DNA from: Gammaproteobacteria bacterium
Lineage (GTDB): Bacteria; Pseudomonadota; Gammaproteobacteria; Pseudomonadales; Pseudohongiellaceae
Reading direction: 5' to 3'
NCBI GenBank assembly: GCA_038128465.1
Contig: JAYPJO010000002.1
Coordinates: forward strand, 1-24,612
DNA length: 24,612 nt
The number at the start of each line of letters is the position of its first letter. Position 1 is the stretch's first letter. A model generated the notes under the pieces. That model ran no database searches. It saw nothing but the letters and a program-made list of their open reading frames with translations, and had not been told where the DNA came from. The position numbers were made by a program, and so were the translations under genes. Shown here piece by piece: positions 1-9,121 of this stretch.

Positions 1-1
1 C

Positions 2-943
2 CGCTGGGATGACCTGATCATGGTAGCTCCTGGCAGTGCAAAATTTATTGCGCATATCGCCCATGCTGAGGCCACTGATTTGCTCACAACAGTTTGTCTT
101 GCGGCAACTTCCCCGGTAGCTATAGCGCCAGCAATGAACCAGGCCATGTGGTCAAAACCGGGAACACAGGAAAACCTGGATACCCTTAAAGCAAGGGGCT
201 TGCATATTTTAGGTCCGGCCGAGGGCGAGCAAGCTTGCGGGGATATTGGGCCAGGCAGATTGCTGGAGCCTACTGAACTGGCTGAACTGGTCGCCGGTAT
301 GTTTGAAACCGGTATCCTGGCCGGTCTCAAGGTTACCATTACTGCAGGTCCAACCCGCGAAGCCATTGATCCCGTGCGTTTCATCAGCAATCACAGTTCT
401 GGCAAAATGGGTTATGCCGTGGCACAGGCCGCTATCGATGCCGGCGCCCGGGTAACTTTGATTTCCGGACCGGTAAATCTGCAACCGCCCCCACATGCCA
501 CATTCATCCAGGTCGAAAGTGCTGAACAGATGCATCAGGCAGCTTTAGAAAACAACTGCGATATTTTTATCGGGGTGGCAGCTGTAGCCGATTATCGTCC
601 GCAACAGGCAGCCGATAATAAATTAAAAAAATCTTCGGCGGATATGCAGCTGGTTCTTGTTAAAAACCCGGATATCCTTACTGAAATTGCCGGCCAGAAA
701 GCCAGGCCATTTTGTGTCGGTTTTGCGGCAGAAACCGAGAATCTGGAACACAACGCTATGACAAAATTAAGATCTAAAAATATCGATCTGATTATTGCCA
801 ACCATGCTACAGATACCTTTAATCAGGATGAAGCTCTGATCTGTGCATACTGGCCTGAAGGCAAGAAAGAATTCGCAGCAGCAAGCAAATCGCAACTCGC
901 TCGAGAACTGCTTAGACTCATTAAAGATTTAATGCCGCATTAA
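2..943 (+). CDS. coaBC: Bifunctional phosphopantothenoylcysteine decarboxylase/ligase CoaBC, 5'-truncated by window edge
   Basis: Frame is open from position 2 (RWDDLIMVAPGSA...), so the ORF-track Met at 20 is internal. CoaC motifs APAMN and QACGDIGPGRL; CoaB motifs ITAGPTREAIDPVRFISNHSSGKMG, AAVADY, VGFAAET. Confidence 0.96.
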   Translation, partial: RWDDLIMVAPGSAKFIAHIAHAEATDLLTTVCLAATSPVAIAPAMNQAMWSKPGTQENLDTLKARGLHILGPAEGEQACGDIGPGRLLEPTELAELVAGMFETGILAGLKVTITAGPTREAIDPVRFISNHSSGKMGYAVAQAAIDAGARVTLISGPVNLQPPPHATFIQVESAEQMHQAALENNCDIFIGVAAVADYRPQQAADNKLKKSSADMQLVLVKNPDILTEIAGQKARPFCVGFAAETENLEHNAMTKLRSKNIDLIIANHATDTFNQDEALICAYWPEGKKEFAAASKSQLARELLRLIKDLMPH

Positions 944-949
944 GCCAAC

Positions 950-2332
950 ATGTCCCTAGCCGCTATCCAAGAAGATATTTTTAGGGCCTACGATATTCGC
1001 GGTATTGTTGGTGAAGGCCTGAATGCAGATGTTATGTACTTGCTGGGGCAGGCCATCGGCAGTGAAGCCCTGGATAAGGCAGAGCGCTGCCTGTTGCTTG
1101 GCTCTGATGCCCGTCTATCCAGTCCTGAATTTGCTGAACAGATGAAAAACGGCATCCTGGCAACTGGCTGTGATCTGATTGATTTGGGTCAGATCCCAAC
1201 TCCCCTGCTTTATTTTGCAACTCATTATCTTGATTCCCATTCCGGCGTCATGATCACCGGCAGCCACAATCCAAAAAACTATAATGGTGTAAAAATTGTT
1301 TTCAGGCATCAGAGCCTGAGTGACTCCCAGATTGCCAGATTTAAAGAGCGCATATTATCCAATGATCTTCATGACGGAAAAGGTAGCTTGCAGCTATACG
1401 ACATCAAGCCGGCTTATAAGCAACATATACTAAACGACATAAGTCTTGAAAATGAATGGAATGTAATTCTTGATTGCGGCAATGCAATTACGGCATGTGT
1501 AGCGCCTGATCTTTTTTCGGCATTAAACTGCCAGACCAAAACCCTCTATTGTGAACTGGATGGCTCCTTTCCCAATCACCATCCTGATCCAACGGATACC
1601 ACAAACCTGAAAGATATTATTCAACAGGTACAGGACGACCATGCAGATCTGGGCATTGCTTTTGATGGTGACGGCGATCGCGTTGTGCTGCTAAGCAGTA
1701 GCGGCAGGATAATAGACGCTGACAAATTAATGATGGCTTTTGTTAAAGACATCCTGCCGGAAAATGAAAACGCTACGGTAGTCTACGATGTAAAAAGCAG
1801 TCATCATTTACATACGCTTATCGAAAGCCTCAATGGCAAAGCCTTGATGTGCAAAAGTGGACACTCCTATGTAAAAAAAGCCATGTATGAAGCAGAGGCT
1901 ATCCTCGGTGGAGAATATTCAGCACATATCTTTTTCAAACATCGTTGGTTTGGCTTTGATGATGGGATATACAGCGCCATTCGTTTCCTAGAGATTATGG
2001 ATAAAAACCAGCTGTCTGCTGATGAAATTATTGATGATCTGCCAGGCAGTGCAACTACGCCTGAAATCTTTATACCTGTACCTGAACAGGAAAAATTTTC
2101 ATTGATGAAAAAGCTCGCCAGAAGTTTTAACATTGACGGAGCAACAGTAAACGAACTTGATGGGCTGCGTATTTCTCTGGATTACGGCTGGGGCCTGATC
2201 CGGGCCTCAAACACTACACCCAATTTAATGTTGCGATTTGAGGCAGACTGCGAAGAAAACCTCGTGAAAATTAAAACTTTGTTTAACGCCGAAATTTCCA
2301 GAATTTTGCCACAACTATCAATTACCCTGTAA
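950..2332 (+). CDS. algC: Phosphomannomutase/phosphoglucomutase (AlgC-type, short 460-aa form)
   Basis: FRAYDIRG N-terminus, active-site ITGSHNP, metal loop FDGDGDR, GWGLIRASNT near C-terminus. Confidence 0.95.
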   Translation: MSLAAIQEDIFRAYDIRGIVGEGLNADVMYLLGQAIGSEALDKAERCLLLGSDARLSSPEFAEQMKNGILATGCDLIDLGQIPTPLLYFATHYLDSHSGVMITGSHNPKNYNGVKIVFRHQSLSDSQIARFKERILSNDLHDGKGSLQLYDIKPAYKQHILNDISLENEWNVILDCGNAITACVAPDLFSALNCQTKTLYCELDGSFPNHHPDPTDTTNLKDIIQQVQDDHADLGIAFDGDGDRVVLLSSSGRIIDADKLMMAFVKDILPENENATVVYDVKSSHHLHTLIESLNGKALMCKSGHSYVKKAMYEAEAILGGEYSAHIFFKHRWFGFDDGIYSAIRFLEIMDKNQLSADEIIDDLPGSATTPEIFIPVPEQEKFSLMKKLARSFNIDGATVNELDGLRISLDYGWGLIRASNTTPNLMLRFEADCEENLVKIKTLFNAEISRILPQLSITL

Positions 2333-2334
2333 CT

Positions 2335-3855
2335 ATGCCAGAAAACGCCAACTTTTTTTTAGCTTTACAGCAAGGGATTCAAAAAGCCGGGGTCTCTCCC
2401 TGTATCAGCGGCCCTGATTTTCCAGAACTCAGCTATGCAGAACTTGAAAAGCTCTCTGCAAAGATTGCAAACCTGCTAACTGCTTTGGATGTCACCCAGG
2501 GCAGTCGGGTTCTGGTGCAAACACCTAAAACTCCCCTTGGTGTCGCTTTGTACCTGGCCTGCATGAGAATTGGTGCTATCTATGTTCCTCTCAATGTTGC
2601 CTATACCCTTGATGAACTGGATTATTTCATAACTGACACTGAGCCTGCCCTGTTTGTTTGTGACAGCAATAAGAAAGGGTCATTAGCGGAACTGTTTGCA
2701 AAGCATAAAATTCCCAATGTCCTTGACCTTAATACTTCGGGGCAGGGCTCTTTGCTTGAGCAGCTGGAGCCTTGTTCTGCCGAACATGAAATTGCGCCTG
2801 TTGATCATGATGATATTGCTGTCATCCTTTATACCTCCGGTACAACCGGCAAGCCCAAGGGCGCCATGCTCAGTCACAGCAATTTACAGAGTAACGCTGA
2901 AAGCCTTTCTGAAATATGGGGCTGGCAGGATGATGATGTCCTGATTCACGCATTGCCGATCTTTCATATTCATGGCCTGTTTGTTGCCCTGCATCTGTCC
3001 CTGCTGGGTGGTACCCCCATGCTGTTTTTATCCCGCTTTGATGCTGAGAAGATCATCCAGTTGCTGCCGCAGGCTACTGTACTGATGGGCGTCCCTACAT
3101 TCTATACCCGCTTGCTGCAACAGGAAGGCCTGAACCCTGGATGCTGCCAGCAGATGCGACTGTTTGTTTCCGGCTCTGCACCTCTGCTCGAAGAGACTTT
3201 CAGAGAGTTTGCCGAGCGAAGCGGCCATCGAATCCTGGAACGCTATGGCATGTCTGAAACCGGCATGCTTATGTCCAACCCGCTTGATGGGGAACGGGTT
3301 CCCGGCACTGTCGGCTATGCCCTGCCCAAACTTGAATACCGTGTTTGTGACGATAATGGCCAGGAGCTAACTCCCGGCGAAATCGGCACCTTGCAGGTAA
3401 AGGGCCCGAATGTCTTTAATGGTTACTGGCGTAACCCGGAAAAAACCAAACAGGAATTCCAGGATGATTTTTTTATTACGGGCGACATGGTCAGGGAAGA
3501 CAGCGATGGCCGCATCAGCATCGTTGGCAGGAACAAGGATTTGATTATATCTGGCGGCTACAACGTTTATCCGAAAGAGGTTGAACTGATCATGGATGAG
3601 CTCCCAAGCGTGACCGAAAGTGCAGTTATTGGTGTTCCTCACCCGGATTTTGGCGAAGCGGTAATTGCCGTTGTTGTACCTGCAAACACTGAACAGGAAA
3701 TTGATGAATCAGCGGTCATTGCCTCTCTGAAAGACCAGCTTGCTTCCTACAAAGTGCCCAAGAAAATTCTGGTTAAAGCCGAACTGCCACGCAATACCAT
3801 GGGCAAGGTTCAGAAAAACCTGTTACGTGAAGAAAGCTCTCAGTTATTTAGCTGA
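2335..3855 (+). CDS. matB: Malonyl-CoA synthetase (MatB)-like ANL-family acyl-CoA ligase
   Basis: A3 motif YTSGTTGKPKG, HALPIFHIHGLFVA, SGSAPLL, ERYGMSETGMLMSNPLDGERVPGTVG, A10 LPRNTMGKVQKN. The combination is characteristic of MatB; substrate is inferred from similarity only. Confidence 0.85.
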   Translation: MPENANFFLALQQGIQKAGVSPCISGPDFPELSYAELEKLSAKIANLLTALDVTQGSRVLVQTPKTPLGVALYLACMRIGAIYVPLNVAYTLDELDYFITDTEPALFVCDSNKKGSLAELFAKHKIPNVLDLNTSGQGSLLEQLEPCSAEHEIAPVDHDDIAVILYTSGTTGKPKGAMLSHSNLQSNAESLSEIWGWQDDDVLIHALPIFHIHGLFVALHLSLLGGTPMLFLSRFDAEKIIQLLPQATVLMGVPTFYTRLLQQEGLNPGCCQQMRLFVSGSAPLLEETFREFAERSGHRILERYGMSETGMLMSNPLDGERVPGTVGYALPKLEYRVCDDNGQELTPGEIGTLQVKGPNVFNGYWRNPEKTKQEFQDDFFITGDMVREDSDGRISIVGRNKDLIISGGYNVYPKEVELIMDELPSVTESAVIGVPHPDFGEAVIAVVVPANTEQEIDESAVIASLKDQLASYKVPKKILVKAELPRNTMGKVQKNLLREESSQLFS

Positions 3856-3961
3856 GTGCTAAACTCATTTATTCATCACCCCTTAAGCCAGCTAGTGGCG
3901 TGGAAGTTTCTGGGCTTTGATTCAGATTTTCCTTATAATTCAGCCAACTATGTGTAAGTAA

Positions 3962-4915
<954 letters not shown>

Positions 4916-4917
4916 CC

Positions 4918-5514
4918 ATGGCTGCAAAAGATGTATTCTCCAGACGTGATCAGATACTGCAGGTACTGGCGCAGATGCTGCAGGAAAACCCAGGCGGTCG
5001 TATCACCACTGCAACCCTGGCTGAAAAGGTCGGTGTTTCCGAGGCTGCGCTATACCGCCACTTCCCGAGCAAGGCGCGGATGTATGAAGGTTTGATCAAC
5101 TTTATTGACGCAACCCTGTTTTCCCGCATTAACCGCATCATCTCAGAAGAAAGCAGTGTATTGATTCAGTGTGAAAAAATCCTGTTTTTAACCCTGACTT
5201 TTGCGGAAAAAAACCCTGGTATAACCCGTGTGCTCAATGGCGACGCCCTGTCTGGAGAATCAGAGCGTTTACGTTTGCAGGTCAGTCAGATTTATGATCG
5301 TCTGGAAACACAGTTAAAACAACTGTTACGGGAAGCAGAGCTTAAAGAAGGGCTCAGAACCCGACAAACCATTACTGCCAGTGCTAACTTGTTACTGGCC
5401 TATACTGAAGGAAAAATATCGCAATATATTCGAACGGATTTTAAACGTCTGCCTACTGAGGACTGGGCAGATCAGTGGCTCTTACTCAAAGCCAATCTGT
5501 TTTATACGCCATAG
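4918..5514 (+). CDS. slmA: Nucleoid occlusion factor SlmA (TetR family)
   Basis: ILQVLAQML...RITTATLAEKVGVSEAALYRHFPSKARMYEGLI and NPGITRVLNGDAL, matching SlmA specifically. SD GGAGAG before ATG. Confidence 0.93.
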   Translation: MAAKDVFSRRDQILQVLAQMLQENPGGRITTATLAEKVGVSEAALYRHFPSKARMYEGLINFIDATLFSRINRIISEESSVLIQCEKILFLTLTFAEKNPGITRVLNGDALSGESERLRLQVSQIYDRLETQLKQLLREAELKEGLRTRQTITASANLLLAYTEGKISQYIRTDFKRLPTEDWADQWLLLKANLFYTP

Positions 5515-5516
5515 CG

Positions 5517-6164
5517 TTAAACCCCGTAACTGGCCTGATAAGCTTGCATGGGTTCCAGGTATTCTACAATATCCTTGTTTTCACTTTCATGTAGGTAATC
5601 CATTATCTGTTGCAGATTAATAATGCTTAATACCGGAATATCATAGTCTGTTTCAATTTCCTGAATTGCCGAAAGCTCACCCTGACCTTTTTCCTGACGA
5701 TCCAGCGCAACCACAACACCAAGAGCTTCAGCGCCTGATGCTTCTATTAAATCCATCACTTCCCTGATTGCCGTTCCTGCCGTAATGACATCATCAATAA
5801 TCAGAACCTTCCCAGCCAGATCAGCTCCCACCAGGTTGCCGCCCTCGCCATGATCCTTGGCCTCCTTACGGTTAAAGCAATAAGGCTTATCAATACCAAA
5901 GTCCTGACTCAATGCTATTGCCGTTGATGACACCAGCGGTATGCCCTTGTAGGCCGGGCCGAACAAAACATCAAAATCCAGCCTGGCCTCTGCTATCGCG
6001 GCAGCATAACTTCGGCCCACTTGAGCCAGGGATGCACCGGAATTAAACAGGCCGGCATTGAAAAAATAAGGGCTTACCCGACCGGATTTAAGCGTAAATT
6101 CACCAAAACTCAATATGTTTTCACTGGTAACGAAATCCAGAAATTTTGTCTGAAAATGTTTCAT
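5517..6164 (-). CDS. pyrE: Orotate phosphoribosyltransferase
   Basis: [44 protein letters not shown]-binding [10 protein letters not shown]. Confidence 0.98.
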   Translation of the reverse strand: MKHFQTKFLDFVTSENILSFGEFTLKSGRVSPYFFNAGLFNSGASLAQVGRSYAAAIAEARLDFDVLFGPAYKGIPLVSSTAIALSQDFGIDKPYCFNRKEAKDHGEGGNLVGADLAGKVLIIDDVITAGTAIREVMDLIEASGAEALGVVVALDRQEKGQGELSAIQEIETDYDIPVLSIINLQQIMDYLHESENKDIVEYLEPMQAYQASYGV

Positions 6165-6893
6165 TTATAACTCCAGCGCAGCTTGCTGACTGGCGAAAAG
6201 CTGGACGATTCCATTTTGTGCCAGGGTGATCATCTGACTCAGCTCTTCAGTACTGAATTCGCCATCTTCACCTGTTCCCTGTATTTCTATAAACCCCCCA
6301 CCACTGGTCATCACCACATTCATATCAGTTTCTGCCGTTGAGTCTTCTAGATAATCCAGGTCAAGGACGGGGACTCCACCACATATTCCAACAGACACTG
6401 ATGCTACCATCAGTTTGAGAGGGCTCTGTTTGACCATCCCCTGTTTCTGCATAACAACTAATGCATCTGCCAGTGCCACACAGGCTCCGGTAATGGATGC
6501 TGTTCGGGTTCCACCATCGGCCTGGATAACATCACAATCAATTTTTATCGTGTTTTCACCCAGTAACGACATATCAACCGCCGCACGCAAGGCGCGGCCT
6601 ATCAGGCGTTGGATTTCCTGTGTGCGGCCGCTTTGCTTGCCACGGGCTGCTTCACGATCCATGCGCGAACCGGTTGAACGTGGCAGCATGCCATATTCCG
6701 CCGTAACCCAGCCCTGTCCTTTTCCTTTCAAAAAACGCGGGACACTGCTTTCTACACTGGCAGTACACAATACTTTTGTATCGCCAAACTCCACTAACAC
6801 AGAGCCTTCTGCATGCTTGGTATAGTGACGGGTAATTTGTATATCACGCAGCTCATTAGCGGCTCTTCCGCTGGGTCGATTCAGTTCAGACAT
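6165..6893 (-). CDS. rph: Ribonuclease PH
   Basis: [70 protein letters not shown]. Confidence 0.98.
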   Translation of the reverse strand: MSELNRPSGRAANELRDIQITRHYTKHAEGSVLVEFGDTKVLCTASVESSVPRFLKGKGQGWVTAEYGMLPRSTGSRMDREAARGKQSGRTQEIQRLIGRALRAAVDMSLLGENTIKIDCDVIQADGGTRTASITGACVALADALVVMQKQGMVKQSPLKLMVASVSVGICGGVPVLDLDYLEDSTAETDMNVVMTSGGGFIEIQGTGEDGEFSTEELSQMITLAQNGIVQLFASQQAALEL

Positions 6894-7092
6894 AAGCGCC
6901 CCAATTGATTTGGATTTTACAACAGCTTTCCTGCCAAAAATGCTTCCAATTCAGAAATAGCATTGTCAGGAAAGTCATGCTCTGCTCATTTAACCGTCAT
7001 TGTAAAGCCTGCTCGGAGAACTTGAAATGAATTTTATTAAGTCGGGCAAATCCGCTATAGTGCATGCCAGATTTTTGCTACAGAGTGGCACT

Positions 7093-7956
7093 ATGACGCA
7101 AAGCATGACCGCCTTCGCCCGGCAACAAAGCGAACAAAACTGGGGCACCCTGGTCTGGGAAATACGTTCTGTAAATCACCGTTATCTGGAAGCCAATATA
7201 AGACTGCCCGAATCCCTGCGAAATTATGAAAGTCAGTGCCGGGATTTAATTCGTAATAGTCTGAGTCGTGGCAAAGTTGATGCCCAGTTAAAATTCACAC
7301 CCAATTTGGCTGCCAATGACATTCATCTTAATCTGGATCTGCTACAGCAGATTAATACAGCAAATCAGGAAATCAGCAGGCTCATGCCAGAACTTGGCCA
7401 GGCTACAACTCTCGATATTCTTCGCTGGCCCGGTGTAACTCAGGAAAATAGCCAGGACAATAAAGACATTGAAAAAATACTGCTTTCTTTATTGAAATTA
7501 TGCTTGCAGGACTTACAGGAGCAAAGACAAAAAGAAGGCGCCCAGTTAAAAACCTTTGTTGAACAACGCCTGGATAACATCAGCGACATCCTTGAGGATA
7601 TCAAAAAAGCCATGCCTGCTATCCTGCAAAGACAACATGACAAACTGCAGGAAACCCTTGCTGATATGACGGAGTCGCTAGAACCGGCCCGGCTTGAACA
7701 GGAGATGGTATTGCTGGCACAAAAAGCAGATATTTCTGAAGAAACTGATCGTTTGCAAGCCCATGTCGATGAAGTCAAAAGCATATTAAAGCAATCTGGC
7801 GCAGTTGGGCGAAAAATGGATTTTTTAATGCAGGAGCTGAATCGTGAAGCCAACACTATTTGCTCAAAAGCTGTGGTGATAGAGACAACCTTTAATGCAG
7901 TTGAACTCAAAGTATTAATCGAGCAAATGCGCGAGCAGATTCAAAATATCGAGTAA
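7093..7956 (+). CDS. yicC: YicC/YloC-family endoribonuclease
   Basis: SMTAFAR N-terminal signature places the start at ATG 7093 rather than 7027. WEIRSVNHRYLE, GRKMDFLMQELNREANT, IEQMREQIQNIE. Confidence 0.93.
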   Translation: MTQSMTAFARQQSEQNWGTLVWEIRSVNHRYLEANIRLPESLRNYESQCRDLIRNSLSRGKVDAQLKFTPNLAANDIHLNLDLLQQINTANQEISRLMPELGQATTLDILRWPGVTQENSQDNKDIEKILLSLLKLCLQDLQEQRQKEGAQLKTFVEQRLDNISDILEDIKKAMPAILQRQHDKLQETLADMTESLEPARLEQEMVLLAQKADISEETDRLQAHVDEVKSILKQSGAVGRKMDFLMQELNREANTICSKAVVIETTFNAVELKVLIEQMREQIQNIE

Positions 7957-7969
7957 CTTTTTTATTTAT

Positions 7970-8596
7970 ATGACTGCAGGTTCCCTTTTTTTGATCTCTG
8001 CACCTTCAGGTGCTGGTAAAACATCCCTGGTTGATGCCATGATAAAAAACGCTGATGCTGTTGGCGAAAAATTATGTGTCTCCGTTTCTCATACAACGCG
8101 GCCCAAACGTCCCGGCGAAATAAATGGTTCTAATTATCATTTCATAGATTCGCCAGAATTTGCCCGGATGGTTGAGCAGGAAGAGTTTCTGGAATATGCC
8201 GAAGTCTTTGGCAATTCATATGGCACCTCAAAAGGCTGGGTACAGAAACGGCTACAGCAAGGTTGGAATGTTATTCTGGAAATCGACTGGCAGGGGGCAG
8301 CTCAGATAAAAAAAATCATGCCCGAGTCTGTCAGCATTTTTATCCTGCCCCCATCATTAGAAACACTGCGAACACGATTAACCAACCGAGGGCAGGATGA
8401 TGCATCAGTTATCGAAAAACGCATGGCTGAGGCGGTAAATGAACTATCACATTATGCACAGGCTGATTACCTCCTAGTAAATGAAGATTTCGACAGAGCG
8501 CTAGCAAAGCTTCATGACATCATTAATGGTCGATATTTCCCATCTGCCGAGGACAAAGCCGCTTTAGATCAGTTACTGCAAAGCCTGCTACCATAA
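7970..8596 (+). CDS. gmk: Guanylate kinase
   Basis: P-loop SAPSGAGKTS, SVSHTTRPKRPGE, AEVFGNSYGT, ILEIDWQGA, IFILPPS. Confidence 0.97.
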   Translation: MTAGSLFLISAPSGAGKTSLVDAMIKNADAVGEKLCVSVSHTTRPKRPGEINGSNYHFIDSPEFARMVEQEEFLEYAEVFGNSYGTSKGWVQKRLQQGWNVILEIDWQGAAQIKKIMPESVSIFILPPSLETLRTRLTNRGQDDASVIEKRMAEAVNELSHYAQADYLLVNEDFDRALAKLHDIINGRYFPSAEDKAALDQLLQSLLP

Positions 8597-8680
8597 TTCT
8601 TTCAAACGCATTATAATTGCCGCCCCCTGCATTATGTGGAATACCGGTCAAAAAACTCAAGACATTAAATAGGACAAAAA

Positions 8681-9094
8681 ATGGCTCGAATTACTGTTGA
8701 AGATTGCTTGGAACATGTTGAAAACCGCTTTGAGCTGGTTATGGTCGCCAGTAAACGCGCCCGTCAGATTCAGACCGGCGGCAAAGACGCGCTTGTGGAA
8801 GAAGACAACGATAAACCAACTGTGCTGGCGTTACGTGAAATAGCTGAAGAACTTGTGGACGCTTCAATTTTAATTGATACTGCTCAGGAAGATGACGAAG
8901 AGCAATCTGCAGCTTTGGGCGGTGAAGGAGTTGAAGGTGCAGAAGGAGCTGAAGGGGCCGCCGAAGGAAACCCTGCAGTTGCAGCAAAAGCCGATATCTC
9001 TATTGAGGATGCCATGGGCGCTGAACTGATTGCTGAAGAAGCTGAAGAAGCAGGCAACTCTGCTGATATCGACGGAGAAAACGAAGAACAGTAG
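8681..9094 (+). CDS. rpoZ: RNA polymerase omega subunit with long acidic C-terminal extension
   Basis: [29 protein letters not shown]...[11 protein letters not shown], in the gmk-rpoZ-spoT position. Roughly the last 65 aa are E/D/A/G-rich low complexity. Confidence 0.96.
   Translation: MARITVEDCLEHVENRFELVMVASKRARQIQTGGKDALVEEDNDKPTVLALREIAEELVDASILIDTAQEDDEEQSAALGGEGVEGAEGAEGAAEGNPAVAAKADISIEDAMGAELIAEEAEEAGNSADIDGENEEQ
8924..8959 (+). repeat. Four tandem 9-nt units inside rpoZ encoding [12 protein letters not shown]
   Basis: GAAGGAGTT GAAGGTGCA GAAGGAGCT GAAGGGGCC, with a further GAAGGA at 8963-8968. Confidence 0.8.
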
Positions 9095-9121
9095 AGCGTT
9101 CTCCAACCTCTACTGCTTCTG

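Noticed and set aside
2-100. Apparently divergent CoaC residues at the window edge (WDDL, APGSAKFIAHIAHAEAT)
   Set aside because: The frame is open and downstream catalytic motifs are intact. This could be lineage divergence or low-quality edge sequence; not decidable here.
3836-3862. CIRCE-like half site GAGTGCTAA after matB
   Set aside because: Only the right half is present; the TTAGCACTC arm 9 nt upstream is absent.
3917-3939. TTGATT...TATAAT as a sigma70 promoter for argB
   Set aside because: Spacing is only 11 nt, and there is no good -35 at 16-18 nt or extended -10. TATAAT may still be a real -10 but cannot be supported alone. No convincing ARG box was seen.
7027-7092. ORF-track N-terminal extensions (yicC from 7027; likewise DUF4404 from 18286 and dctQ from 21352)
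   Set aside because: Family N-terminal signatures and/or SD positions favour downstream starts (7093, 18364, 21400).
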